Assembly (NCBI GenBank): GCA_039683575.1
Contig: JBDKRC010000120.1
Span: 1-18,568, forward strand
Length of the DNA: 18,568 nucleotides
Source of the DNA: Armatimonadia bacterium
GTDB lineage: Bacteria > Armatimonadota > Zipacnadia > Zipacnadales > UBA11051
Direction of reading: 5' to 3'
Shown: positions 8,648 to 17,684 of the stretch, piece by piece
Numbering within the stretch: the first letter of the stretch is position 1
Layout: every line of letters begins with the position of its first letter
Program-made: the position numbers and the translations under genes
The notes under the pieces: model-generated
What the model was told of the DNA's origin: nothing
The model's input: the letters and a program-made list of their open reading frames with translations, nothing else
The model's database searches: none

Positions 8648-9244
8648 CTAGAGAGACTGCTGCACCTTTCGGAATCGAATCACCCGCTGGTTTTCCACGT
8701 CGATCCAAAGGTTGTCGGTATTCACTGCCTCAAGGGCCGCCAGGTCGTACTTCCCGTCCTTGCCCTTGAAAAAGCACTGGTAGCTGTCGGCGTTGAGATA
8801 CGTGCCGTCGTCATCCAGCGCAATCCCCACCGAGTACGTCAGGGCGCTGAAATACACCAGTTTGTTCTTCTCGGCGTCCAGGTAGATCTGGGAGTTCTTT
8901 ACGTAGGGGTCGAGTTGCCAGATGATCCACTCAGAGTCATCCAGTCCCTGAGGTTCCCCCGGAGGATACGACTCGTCGTAGTCATCGCGGTACATTTCCA
9001 TCGCAAGCATGATCTGGCGGAGGTTGCTAACGTCTCTGGTCTCGCGCGCCTTCCCACGGGCCTGCGCGAACACGGGGAATAGAATGCTGGCCAGAATCGC
9101 GATAATGGCGATCACTACCAGCAGTTCTATCAGTGTGAAGCCGCCGCGGTCCCTGTTACCGGGCGGAGAGGTGTGGTGTGAGTTGCTGTGGCGTAAGGCG
9201 TAGTGTCGGCACCACGAATGTCGTAAGTCAGGTGTGTCGGACAT
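8648..9244 (-). CDS. Prepilin-type N-terminal cleavage/methylation protein (type IV pilin/pseudopilin-like, DUF1559-like)
   Basis: [36 protein letters not shown]...SNLRQI.LA..MY..DYDE..P...[11 protein letters not shown]. The exact start codon is uncertain. Confidence 0.93.
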   Translation of the reverse strand: MSDTPDLRHSWCRHYALRHSNSHHTSPPGNRDRGGFTLIELLVVIAIIAILASILFPVFAQARGKARETRDVSNLRQIMLAMEMYRDDYDESYPPGEPQGLDDSEWIIWQLDPYVKNSQIYLDAEKNKLVYFSALTYSVGIALDDDGTYLNADSYQCFFKGKDGKYDLAALEAVNTDNLWIDVENQRVIRFRKVQQSL

Positions 9245-9560
9245 GACGTACAGCTGGACTCCGTTGTATGACTATCAGGCCACCCCACGCCGCCTGTATC
9301 ATCACAGGGCTCTCGCCGCTAGCGCTCCCGCTCCGGTCGGTGAGCGACCACCGACGAACAAGCATCCGGCGGTCAAAGACCACCGGCCACGGAAGCGGCA
9401 TATTGCAGACATGTCAAATCGGCTAAGGGAACCTGGCGCTGTGGCGACAACTCCGGGGTACAGCTCGGACAGCGACCCCCAAGGTGAACCGAGAAAGACA
9501 GAGTCAAAACGAGGTGAAACTTGCGACAACTTTGCGCTAAAGTTCGGCTGCGCAGGGCCG

Positions 9561-9589
9561 ATGATACCTTATCGAGCAATGGGAGTCAA
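9561..9589 (-). promoter_or_regulatory. sigma70-type promoter for the prepilin/pilin cluster
   Basis: Minus strand TTGACT (9589-9584), a 17-bp spacer, then TATCAT (9566-9561). It lies downstream of a terminator and points into the cluster. Confidence 0.7.
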
Positions 9590-9592
9590 CCA

Positions 9593-9610
9593 CATCATCA
9601 TCATCATCAT
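9593..9610. repeat. Simple sequence repeat (CAT)6, read as (ATG)6 on the minus strand
   Basis: catcatcatcatcatcat is directly visible 3 bp upstream of the -35 box. Confidence 0.95.
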
Positions 9611-9668
9611 CGCAACATTCTGCGGACTTTGTGGCCAAAGTGTGACCGTCGCCGCCCCTGGGCAAACG

Positions 9669-9705
9669 AAAAAAGGCCCCGGGGACCATGACAGTCTCTG
9701 GGGCC
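9669..9705 (-). terminator. Rho-independent terminator after the 9734-10219 gene
   Basis: Minus strand GGCCCCAGAGAC-loop-GTCCCCGGGGCC followed by TTTTTT. The stem has two A-C mismatches on this strand. Confidence 0.7.
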
Positions 9706-9733
9706 AAAGAAGGTGGTACGCCTGGGCTATGGG

Positions 9734-10219
9734 CTAATGCACTTCAACCACTTCCGAACATTTCGATGCTCCCTCGACGGCCTCCAGCCACAATCTGAGC
9801 CCTCCGGCGGCATCCACCGGCCCGGCTCCTTCGGTGCCTGGCACGAAGCGAAACTGCACTGGGTGCTCGCCGGCAAAGTGCTTCACCCGGCATGGTACCG
9901 AGGTTGCCTGGCCAGGCTTCAGTTCCAGCAGCCCGCCCGACTGCCCCACCTGTTCGATCTTGCCTCCTGACATTGATCCCATCATCTGAGCTTTCAACAC
10001 CCAGGGAGAGTTCGCTCGCACCAGGACCGTGAGCACGCGCGTCCCCAAGGGCAATCCAGAATCCTGCGCCTGCGTCACCTGCAACTCCAGGTACACGGGG
10101 ATGTTGCCCGTCACCCTGATCGGGAGCCGCAAGCCCCGTTCCGGCACGTCCTGCCCAACGGCAGGCGCGATCTGCACTAGCAAAGCCAAGACCAGCATAG
10201 CCGGCGGCACGTATTTCAT
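9734..10219 (-). CDS. Small secreted pilin-like protein (putative minor subunit), about 161 aa
   Basis: Probable start ATG 10219 (GAGAGG SD) and a signal peptide. LPIRVTGNIPVYLELQV resembles a donor strand, and VLVRANSPWVL resembles the V.[ST]N..W.L motif of fimbrial-like Ig folds. Confidence 0.6.
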   Translation of the reverse strand: MKYVPPAMLVLALLVQIAPAVGQDVPERGLRLPIRVTGNIPVYLELQVTQAQDSGLPLGTRVLTVLVRANSPWVLKAQMMGSMSGGKIEQVGQSGGLLELKPGQATSVPCRVKHFAGEHPVQFRFVPGTEGAGPVDAAGGLRLWLEAVEGASKCSEVVEVH

Positions 10220-10548
10220 CCAGAGCCTCTCTTTCGCTGCCAATTCAGATGGTTCGAGCAGCGTCAAGATGGCTTACGGCCTGGGGGGTTAGCGGGCGGT
10301 AACGGGAATGGCACAGCCCGTAACAGGTCAGGTATCCAGGGCGATGAGGCCTGGAGCGTGTGACAGGTCAGAGGCGAGCACAGCGCTTGGGGCGAGGGGG
10401 TAACGGAAGGCGCGGAAGGGGGGTGTCGGAAGCAGCGCGGCTGGATGTAGTAGATTTGCAGGTACGCCGGATGGGTGCACAGCAGGTATGCCCATCCGAC
10501 CAATCCGATCGGCAGCAGGTCATGCCGGCACAGCAGCACACGGTCGGC

Positions 10549-11028
10549 CTATGTGTAGCGAGTCATGCTCTGGGCATGGCGTAGCAAGCGCGGCCGCCCG
10601 CGCTCTGCGTGGCGCAGCACATCCCGCAGTACGTTGACGTACACAAATGCTGCAGCCGTCTTGATCCCCATCAGTTGTTGAGGCTTTGGGGTCGTCAGAG
10701 GGATTTGGTCGGTCTGTTCGAGCAGATCCTCGAGTTTCTGGACACTGGCCATCAAGTCGTGTCCCCGTCGGTTGAGTCTGCCAAACAGGCTCCTGCAGCC
10801 GCCTCTGGGGTCGTCTAGCTTCTCATGCATTGTCCTGACGTGCCTGCTAAGCACTTCCTGGGCGACTCGCAGCCAAGGAAGGTAGCCCTGACAGACACTC
10901 CCCGCGGCTGCTCTGCCCGAATGGCGGTGGTGGGAGCAACAAGGTGCGTTGGGCAAGACGTGGCCGTCGTCATCGTGCCCTTCCTGCACTTCATAGTGGC
11001 AGCAAGCTAAACAGTCCGTTGCGATCAT
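10549..11028 (-). CDS. Hypothetical protein with a Cys/His-rich N-terminus and a helical C-terminus
   Basis: 159-aa ORF co-oriented with its neighbours. It has CLACCH...CCSHH...C, a possible metal site. No family recognised. Confidence 0.55.
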   Translation of the reverse strand: MIATDCLACCHYEVQEGHDDDGHVLPNAPCCSHHRHSGRAAAGSVCQGYLPWLRVAQEVLSRHVRTMHEKLDDPRGGCRSLFGRLNRRGHDLMASVQKLEDLLEQTDQIPLTTPKPQQLMGIKTAAAFVYVNVLRDVLRHAERGRPRLLRHAQSMTRYT

Positions 11029-11103
11029 CTCCGTTTTGCCTCGGCACCTGGCGCCGCGATGATCGGGGCCAGGAACTGATGAGGAGTGGCTCTCCGGGGG
11101 GCC

Positions 11104-11634
11104 CTACTGCACGAAGTCAACGATGGCATGGGGATTGCTGGCGGAGTAGGTCCCATACTCCAGCCCGGCCTCAGCAAGTGCGTCTGCGGTGATCTCGTAC
11201 CATCCGAAAGTCATGAGTTCCCGGGCGATCAGGACCCGCGGGGGCCTCTCCTGACGTCCACATACGAGATCGACGACGGCTCTCATGTTCCGGGTCTGCC
11301 ATTGGCGATCGGTTGCCGGCGACATCCCAGGGGGACGTTGCTCCCCTTCCCGGTGGTGCCAGCCGTGGACCACCGAGGGGAACACCACGAGGTCCACGTC
11401 ACCTATCGAATACCGGCCAAGGACGCGGAGAACGTCGGTGCAGGTTATGGCGGTGTAAACGCAGTAGCCATACCGGCAGAGCGTAGCGGCATGCCCCAGA
11501 TTCAGCGGCCTGTGGTCAGAGACCACCAGGATGTGTCCCTTGGGCTCATCCTTGGGCAGGTGTTCATCGATGGCACAAAGAGGGTAAGCCGACACTATCG
11601 TTTCTCCACTTGATAGCTCATGACGCTCTCGCAC
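11104..11634 (-). CDS. Atypical stand-alone receiver-like (CheY-fold) protein
   Basis: HILVVSD...GYCVYTA...DVDLVVF...PRVLIA follows the receiver secondary-structure pattern, but no Asp sits at the end of beta3. The start is uncertain. Confidence 0.55.
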   Translation of the reverse strand: MRERHELSSGETIVSAYPLCAIDEHLPKDEPKGHILVVSDHRPLNLGHAATLCRYGYCVYTAITCTDVLRVLGRYSIGDVDLVVFPSVVHGWHHREGEQRPPGMSPATDRQWQTRNMRAVVDLVCGRQERPPRVLIARELMTFGWYEITADALAEAGLEYGTYSASNPHAIVDFVQ

Positions 11635-12110
11635 ACGAACAACTCGCAGGCCGGTCGGTGAGACCCCTGCTGGCTCGAGAAGTCATCGCCCCTCAGGATT
11701 GCTCTCTGTAAAGCATGTTAGCAGGACGCCTCAGAGAAGAGTATTCGCAACCACACGGGTTCTGCACGCGTGTATATACGTGTACAGACAGTTGCAGAGC
11801 ACGATGGAGCTGTGGGTGAGTAAGGCGGGGGGATATCCGCCGTATCGGTTGGTCAAACGGTGGAAAAGGCACCGCCAAGACCATCGTGGCGAGGGAGCAG
11901 ACAGAATTGGGACTAAGGGGAATGGAACGTGGTCAGAGGGCGGTTCGTGGCGCAGAGCCAGGGATTCAGAGCACACCGGGCGTGCGCACCAGGTGCCCAA
12001 AATGGCACCCAAGGGTCGTAGGGCGCAACACGTGGAGTTTTACGGTGGATTACCTAATCTTCAGAGCGTCCCCCGCGGGCAGCCAGTGGCTTAGCCGCCT
12101 GGTGGTCTGC

Positions 12111-12761
12111 CTAGTCGCGCTGCTCGAGTTCGACGAAGAAGCGCACCAGTTCGACACGGTTGCTAAGCCCCAGCTTGCGCATGGCAGAAGAGCGATGCCC
12201 CTCGACGGTGCGCGGACTGATGTGGAGCTGTGTCCCAATCTGTCCATTCGTCAGACCGTCGGCGGCGAGGGCAATGATCTCTCGTTCCCGCTTTGTAAGC
12301 TCTGCAAGGGCGGCCGGGACAGGAGCGGCGGCGGTCCGGCAATAGGCATCCAGGATGTGGTTTCGCAGCGGCGGACTAAGATAGCGATACCCCATCAACA
12401 CGCAGCGCAAGGCCCGCAAGATCTCTTCTGCATCAGCACTCTTGAGCACGTAAGCCGCCACACCGCTCTGCAGTGCTTCCAGCACGCTGGCATGATCGTC
12501 AATCATTGTGAAGATCACGACACGCGTCCTCAGGTTGTGTCTCGTGGCGTACCGAGCTAACTCCAGGCCAGACGTCGTACCGATTACCATCCCGGTAATC
12601 ACGACATCGGGGTGATGCTGGTCAATATGTTCCAGAGCTGTATGCTTTTCCTCAGCCTCACCAACGACTTCAATGCCCTCCGCGCCCTTCAGCAAATTGC
12701 GCATCCCCAACCGCACGATTTCGTGTTCATCCACAAGCACTACACGAATTGGATAACTCAA
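12111..12761 (-). CDS. NarL/FixJ-family (REC + LuxR HTH) response regulator with an atypical receiver
   Basis: IRVVLVDEH.IVR.G, EVVGEA, PDVVITG (canonical D replaced by G), VIFTM, YVLKS, and HTH LTKREREII.L.ADGLTN.QI...L.ISPRTVEGHR...MRKLG. TTG start. Confidence 0.93.
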   Translation of the reverse strand: MSYPIRVVLVDEHEIVRLGMRNLLKGAEGIEVVGEAEEKHTALEHIDQHHPDVVITGMVIGTTSGLELARYATRHNLRTRVVIFTMIDDHASVLEALQSGVAAYVLKSADAEEILRALRCVLMGYRYLSPPLRNHILDAYCRTAAAPVPAALAELTKREREIIALAADGLTNGQIGTQLHISPRTVEGHRSSAMRKLGLSNRVELVRFFVELEQRD

Positions 12762-12984
12762 TTATACTTCACCCAGGCAGTTACAGATAGTCCCGTCAAC
12801 GAGGATACAATCAGGCCAACCAGTAGTTTACACCACACTTTCCGGCACAGCAATCCGAAGCACCCCGTGGTTTTCTGCGCCGTTCTGGGTATAGATACGC
12901 ATTAGGGTGCACCATGCGTGCGGTCCCACGCCGGAGCTAAGCAGCCTCACACAGGACAGTAAGAAGACCCCAGAAGGGGGCTCC

Positions 12985-13085
12985 AGCGGGCCATGGCGGG
13001 GCCTCCTCGCCGTCGCTGACTGCCGCTTCAACATGGACGAGGTAGGTTCCGGCTGGGACCTTGCTGCCGCTGTCGCAGTCCATAC
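12985..13085 (-). pseudogene. Remnant of a FlgD-Ig-like C-terminal domain
   Basis: DSGSKVPAGTYLVHVEAAVSDGE matches the G..VP.G.YL..V.A...DG pattern. No upstream gene body is present. Confidence 0.4.
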
Positions 13086-13100
13086 TGCGTCGCCTCGAGC

Positions 13101-14490
13101 ATGCCCGCCATACGCATCTCGTGTCCTTGTTACAGCGCAAGAGTAGCAGCCGATTACCTTAATGCTTCAGCCAACGGTGGAGAACCGCCGCGTGACAGCT
13201 TTGCTTTCTGTGATTACTGGTATCAGGGCGGGAATCTTAGACACGTGGCGCTGAGTTTGGGTGGCGGTAGGGTGATACACGCCTTTTGGAGTTCAGGGAT
13301 GGTCGAAACGAGTTGGAGTGGACTAGGCCTCAACCATATTGGCTGGGCGTGGCCGCCGGTTGCCCCACCGTTTCAGCCCGGGGATGAAGGCAGCCAGCCT
13401 AACAAGACAAACCTGAAGTGGCCTCGACAAGGGGATTGGTTTCCTAACAATGCACCCGCTAACATTGCGTGGAACTGGTCGTCAAATGATCCCGGTAACT
13501 TTGGGTATCGGCACGTAGTGCGACGCAAGTCAGACGGCCGGGAGGACCGCTGGCCCAATCCTGCAGAACATACAGATACCGCAGACTGGCGAACTGGAAC
13601 CACCGCACCGGGGAGATGGATGTCTGGACGGAGGCCTGGAATTCAGAGGGCACCAAGTACTCTTCCAGCGACCACATCACGATCTACATGTATGACCCGA
13701 GTGATCCAACCGCCGTCCCAACTACTGTAGGAAGGGCTCAACGAACAGGGAGAGATTCACCAGCGCTCTATTGCGAAATGGGGGCCTGCCGAACGTGGGT
13801 GGGTCTTCAGGCGACGTTCACTCCTGGGATACCGTTCCCGAGTGCCAGGACTTCACTGGAGGCGCGGGGCTGGCCGACCAGATTCAGTGGAACAGGTACA
13901 CCAATCAGGCCTACTGGATGCACGGCTCGCACTGGCAGAAGTATAGTCGCTGGTTACTCAGCGCCGCCCTCTCTGATCCATGGCGCGTAGGAGACATGTT
14001 CCTCCGGACTTGTGGTGTCCGTCAAGATTTCCAGTGGGGCTCAATGTACTGTGCTGATGGCGCTGAAGCTTGGAAAGTCTATGGCGATGGTCACTGGGTC
14101 AAGTTCAAAAGCTTCGGCGGCATCTACAGTTTCCTGGGGTGGCGACGAGCGAGCCATACGACAACGGCAGTGACGTATGGCAGGCCTTCGAGGGTGGATG
14201 GGGCACGCGTGACGCGGGAGTCCGATTTGCTGCTGACAAATTCCCGGTTCCAGTGACTGATCTCGACGTGATAGCTGGCACTCACGGCAACAACGGGTCG
14301 TACAGGAGCCCAGTGCGCATACATCTTCAGCCGAATGTTCCGAGCATAGACCGCTAGTGGCGCTACGCCGGGGGAGACTGGCTATACCCCCCCGCTCAGG
14401 CGAGAGTGGGATGACCTTCCCGGCGACACTCGGCTTGTTGACCATGTTGGCGTACCCATAGACATCAGCCAGGATGGACGCCACACTATT
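13101..14490 (+). pseudogene. Degraded cell-wall protein: NlpC/P60/CHAP-like segment, Ig-like segment, LGFP-like repeats
   Basis: HVALSLGGGRVIHA...IGWAWP, RNGGLPNVG...VHSW...QDFTGG, GVRQDFQWG, FGGIYSFLGW(P)TSEP...VWQAFEGG and GNNG.Y.SPV. Split by -1 shifts near 13619, 13733 and 14143 and by a TAG at 14355. No start or signal peptide. Ends are approximate. Confidence 0.7.
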
Positions 14491-14748
14491 GAGTACTACT
14501 CTACAATGACGGAGGGAGCCTCCGCACAGTGCCCTGGGCTACCGCCCACCGGCCCCGGCGGCGTGGATGATCGGGGATCAACAGCCGGGTTTTTCGCTTT
14601 GGGGGCCGACGGGTGAAATGACAGAGGACAGAGCCGAGGCCCTGCCCTACCCATACGGCCACCTGTGCGGCGCTCAGGTTGCACCCCTGCAGAGCCTTAT
14701 CCTCCGGGCAGGCAGCAGGGAGTGTAGCACCAGCGGCGAATAACGACA

Positions 14749-15054
14749 ATGAACATCGAGAAGACCGCAAAAACTGACATAAGAAGTGGTATCACTAATG
14801 GGGGCAGGCCAGCCACAATCAAGATCGAAGGCCGCTATCAGAAGCGGCCACCCTCAGATCCGACGCTGCTGACAGAGCCCTTACTGGCCGTCTTGAGGCT
14901 GATGGCGGAGGGGATGACGGGGAAGGCGATCGCCGCAGCGCTCGGCAAAGACAAGAGCACGATCAGCCGGCAGATGTCCGCCATCTGCAACCGGCTTGCA
15001 GCACACGGTCGTGAGGACGCAGTGGCCCGGGGTCGTGAACTTGGCCTAGTCTGA
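14749..15054 (+). CDS. Stand-alone LuxR-type HTH transcriptional regulator
   Basis: LTEPLLAVLRLMAEGMTGKAIAAALGKDKSTISRQMSAICNRL....REDAVARGRELGLV. The start is uncertain. Confidence 0.8.
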   Translation: MNIEKTAKTDIRSGITNGGRPATIKIEGRYQKRPPSDPTLLTEPLLAVLRLMAEGMTGKAIAAALGKDKSTISRQMSAICNRLAAHGREDAVARGRELGLV

Positions 15055-15365
15055 GCCGTTCTCGAGTGCCGCCACAGCGACAGCCTGGGCATCATGCCCA
15101 GGCTGTCGCACTTTGCAGTCGCGTGACAGATGGCACATATCCCGGCACGCGTCTCCATGTAGCTGAGTCCCGCAGGTACAGCAAGTACGAGCAGGCTTCC
15201 CCGTCTACCCCGTCCAAGATAACAGCGACTGCCAGTCATCATGCTGCCTTAGGCTCGTCCCGCTGTGCAATCGATCGATGCAACTTCGGCATCCGCACCA
15301 CTGGCTGCAGCGCGTGTTCGTGCGAGGCCGCATTGGCTGGTCCCTCAGACATTGGGGAGCGTAGC

Positions 15366-16565
15366 ATGGATACCACTGATTCTGACATCTTTCCTGGGGA
15401 ATTCGGCGACCCTCGCGGTCTGGACCCCGTCGACACTCCTCCGGCGGAAGGTGAACGGAGAGCCATCGTCGGCTACCACGGGCAATATGCCGTCGGGGCA
15501 TACCTCATCGCCCGAGCACTTGAGGCCAGGACCCTCGAATGGATCCGAATGGCGGATCCTGAGGCCGGCCGGGTAGATGATATCCAGCTTGGGAGCCCTG
15601 GCCGCGTTGACGCGTATCAGGTCAAGTGGTCCCAGTACCCAGGCCACCTGACCTTCTCCGCCTTGATCGCCTCGTCCGGTGACGACCAAAGTCTTGTCCG
15701 GCAGCTCGCCGATGGCTGGATGAGATTGAGGACTGCACACCCCGGCCGAAGAGTTGTCGTGCATCTGATCACCAACGAGACCGCGTCTCCCTCGGCCGCT
15801 GCGAACCTACCAGTCCCCGACCCCGGGCCCCAGCCACCCCATTTCGCCGCATTCCTGGCGCAGGCCTGGAGGCAGTGCCATGAGGGTTCGCTCGACTCGG
15901 TTCCCGACACTTGGCGCCCTGCGTGGGATGCCCTTCGTGAGGCCAGCGAACTTGACTCCGATGCGTTTGAGGCGTTCGTTGCGGACTGTGAACTCGACCT
16001 CGGCTGGCAGTTGCCGCGTGCTGGGGCGTCGGCGACGCCGGAAGAGCGTCAGGCGAACGAAGACATCGACCATATAGAGCAAAGTCTATTCGCCACGGTT
16101 GCCGATCCGGCGCGAGTGATCGAGCTCAGTCGCGACCAGCTTCTCGAGAGCCTTCGCTGGCAGCGCAGGTTCAGGGCCGGCCGCTACCACGACTTCCCAA
16201 TGCCGCGGATCTACGAGCCGGTCCAGTTGACCGTGGACGAGCTGGGCCTGGCACTGGATCAACTGACGGGTGGGTACCTTGCACTATTGGGATCACCGGG
16301 ATCGGGCAAGTCCACACTTCTGACGCACGTCCTGCGCATGCGTCCGGAGCGGGTGATCCGCTACTATGCCTACGTCCCCAATTCCTACCGAGACACGAGC
16401 CGAGCAGAAGCGGTGAGTTTCCTGAGCGATCTCGTTGTCACCATAGAGAACGCGGGGTTCCGCTCCGGTGTCCGCCCCAGTCAGCCCGACAGGGCAGCCC
16501 TTATACCCCTTCTCCAGAGGCAGCTGGAGATGCTCCACGAAGACTACCAGAGGGAGGGCCGACGC
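15366..16565 (+). pseudogene. N-terminal part of a nuclease plus P-loop ATPase (Avs/STAND-like antiphage) gene, truncated
   Basis: ATG 15366 with a GGGGAG SD. PD-(D/E)xK-like motifs GY..QY, RVDDIQL and AYQVKW. Walker A GSPGSGKS at 16290-16313. The native sequence stops at EGRR, just before the expected Walker B strand, and runs into IS DNA. Confidence 0.75.
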
Positions 16566-16780
16566 AGCACCTGGCGCTTACTGACCCCCTCGACCAACAC
16601 GCGACGACGGATCTCGCTCCACCAATGCATATCGGCATACACCCCAATTCCTCCAGGACCGAGCCCGCTTCAGCGACGCTCCCACGACGCCGGCAAAGGA
16701 CCCGCCTCCCGGTCAGATTATAGGGTGCCGCACTTTCAAACCGCCACAAGACCCGCCGCACTTTCTGAACGGCGTTTACA
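16562..16780 (-). mobile_element. istA: IS21-family left-end fragment with a truncated istA
   Basis: The minus strand begins TGTAAACGCCG at 16780. Two GAAAGTGCGGC repeats at 16755-16765 and 16727-16737. GGAGG SD, then GTG 16642 giving MYADMHWWSEIRRRVLVEGVSKRQVLR, a typical IstA HTH start that ends after 27 codons. Confidence 0.85.
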
Positions 16781-17514
16781 CCTTCCGCTTCTATGACCCA
16801 GACATGGTGCTGATCGGGCCTGAGGAGAGACCATCTGCAGTTGATCCCATAGTCGGAAGAGACCGCTTCGGCGGTCGCAATGATGAGTGGGTGCGATCCG
16901 CCCCCGAGGCCTTGGCGTGTGTCGTTGCGGAACTCACCGCTGAACAAGTCGTGCTTGCCGAGGACAGCACTCTCGTCAGAGCCGAATCCGAGTTTCCGAC
17001 CGAGGTTCGCCGCAGCGCTCTGTCCGTGGGTGGCAGCACGGTTAGCGGCGGCACGGAAGAGACGGAGAAAGCTATCGCACCGGTCAGGTCCATCTGGCGG
17101 CGTGAGTACCCGAATCTTGGTGACATGGTTCCTCCTGAACTGGCCATCCTGCGTCACGACCCCTTGTGGTATGACTCGCCAGGAGCCAACTGGTTGGCGC
17201 TCAACCCGGCCTTGGCCACTTCCCTCAGCTGGATCGCCGCTGACGACGGTCTGTTCAGGCGGCTCAACGAGGACGGTGACGTTATGGTCGAGACGGTGTG
17301 GTGGGCTGACGGATTGCGTGATCACAGGAGAGGAGGCCTACATGACGAGCTCGGCGAGGGGTGGTTCGTTGTCGCGTCGCAGTCGGCCGTGGCAGCCATC
17401 CTCGGACTGCTCCCCGGTGCGGCCCGAGCCGTCACCGTGCGTCGGTCCTATGTTGCTCGTGACGAAGAGGCGGCTGAGGTGGCAACGGGGGTAGAGGTTC
17501 TGCGACCTGTATGA
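16781..17514 (+). pseudogene. C-terminal remnant of the same large defence ATPase gene
   Basis: The frame is open from the IS end (FRFYDPDMVLIGPEERP...VVLAE...WLALNPALA..L.W...GLFR....GDVMVETVWWADG...GEGWFVVAS). It has no SD of its own and resembles the C-termini of such large ATPases. Confidence 0.65.
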
Positions 17515-17684
17515 TGCCTGCCGGTATGCACAGCATCAAGGCACGTTCGTGCCGAAGCGTTAGTCGCTGCAGTTCCACAGCACGGCGCAGAGCCGCCGCA
17601 GCGACAGGGGCCTGAAGCCAGGGATGTGTGCTGACCTTGGCATTGAATCTGACGAACGAAGCCGAGTGATCCGCTGCTGTCGTC

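Noticed and set aside
9234-9737. 167-aa plus-strand ORF with a poly-Ile run
   Set aside because: The Ile run is just the CAT repeat, and the region is better explained as the minus-strand promoter and terminator.
12760-12800. TATAAT and TTGACG upstream of the NarL-type gene
   Set aside because: The spacing is 27 bp and the TATAAT overlaps the start codon, so they are not a valid promoter pair.
15066-16796. 576-aa ORF as an intact gene
   Set aside because: The real start is probably 15366, and the last ~77 codons are antisense read-through of IS21 DNA.
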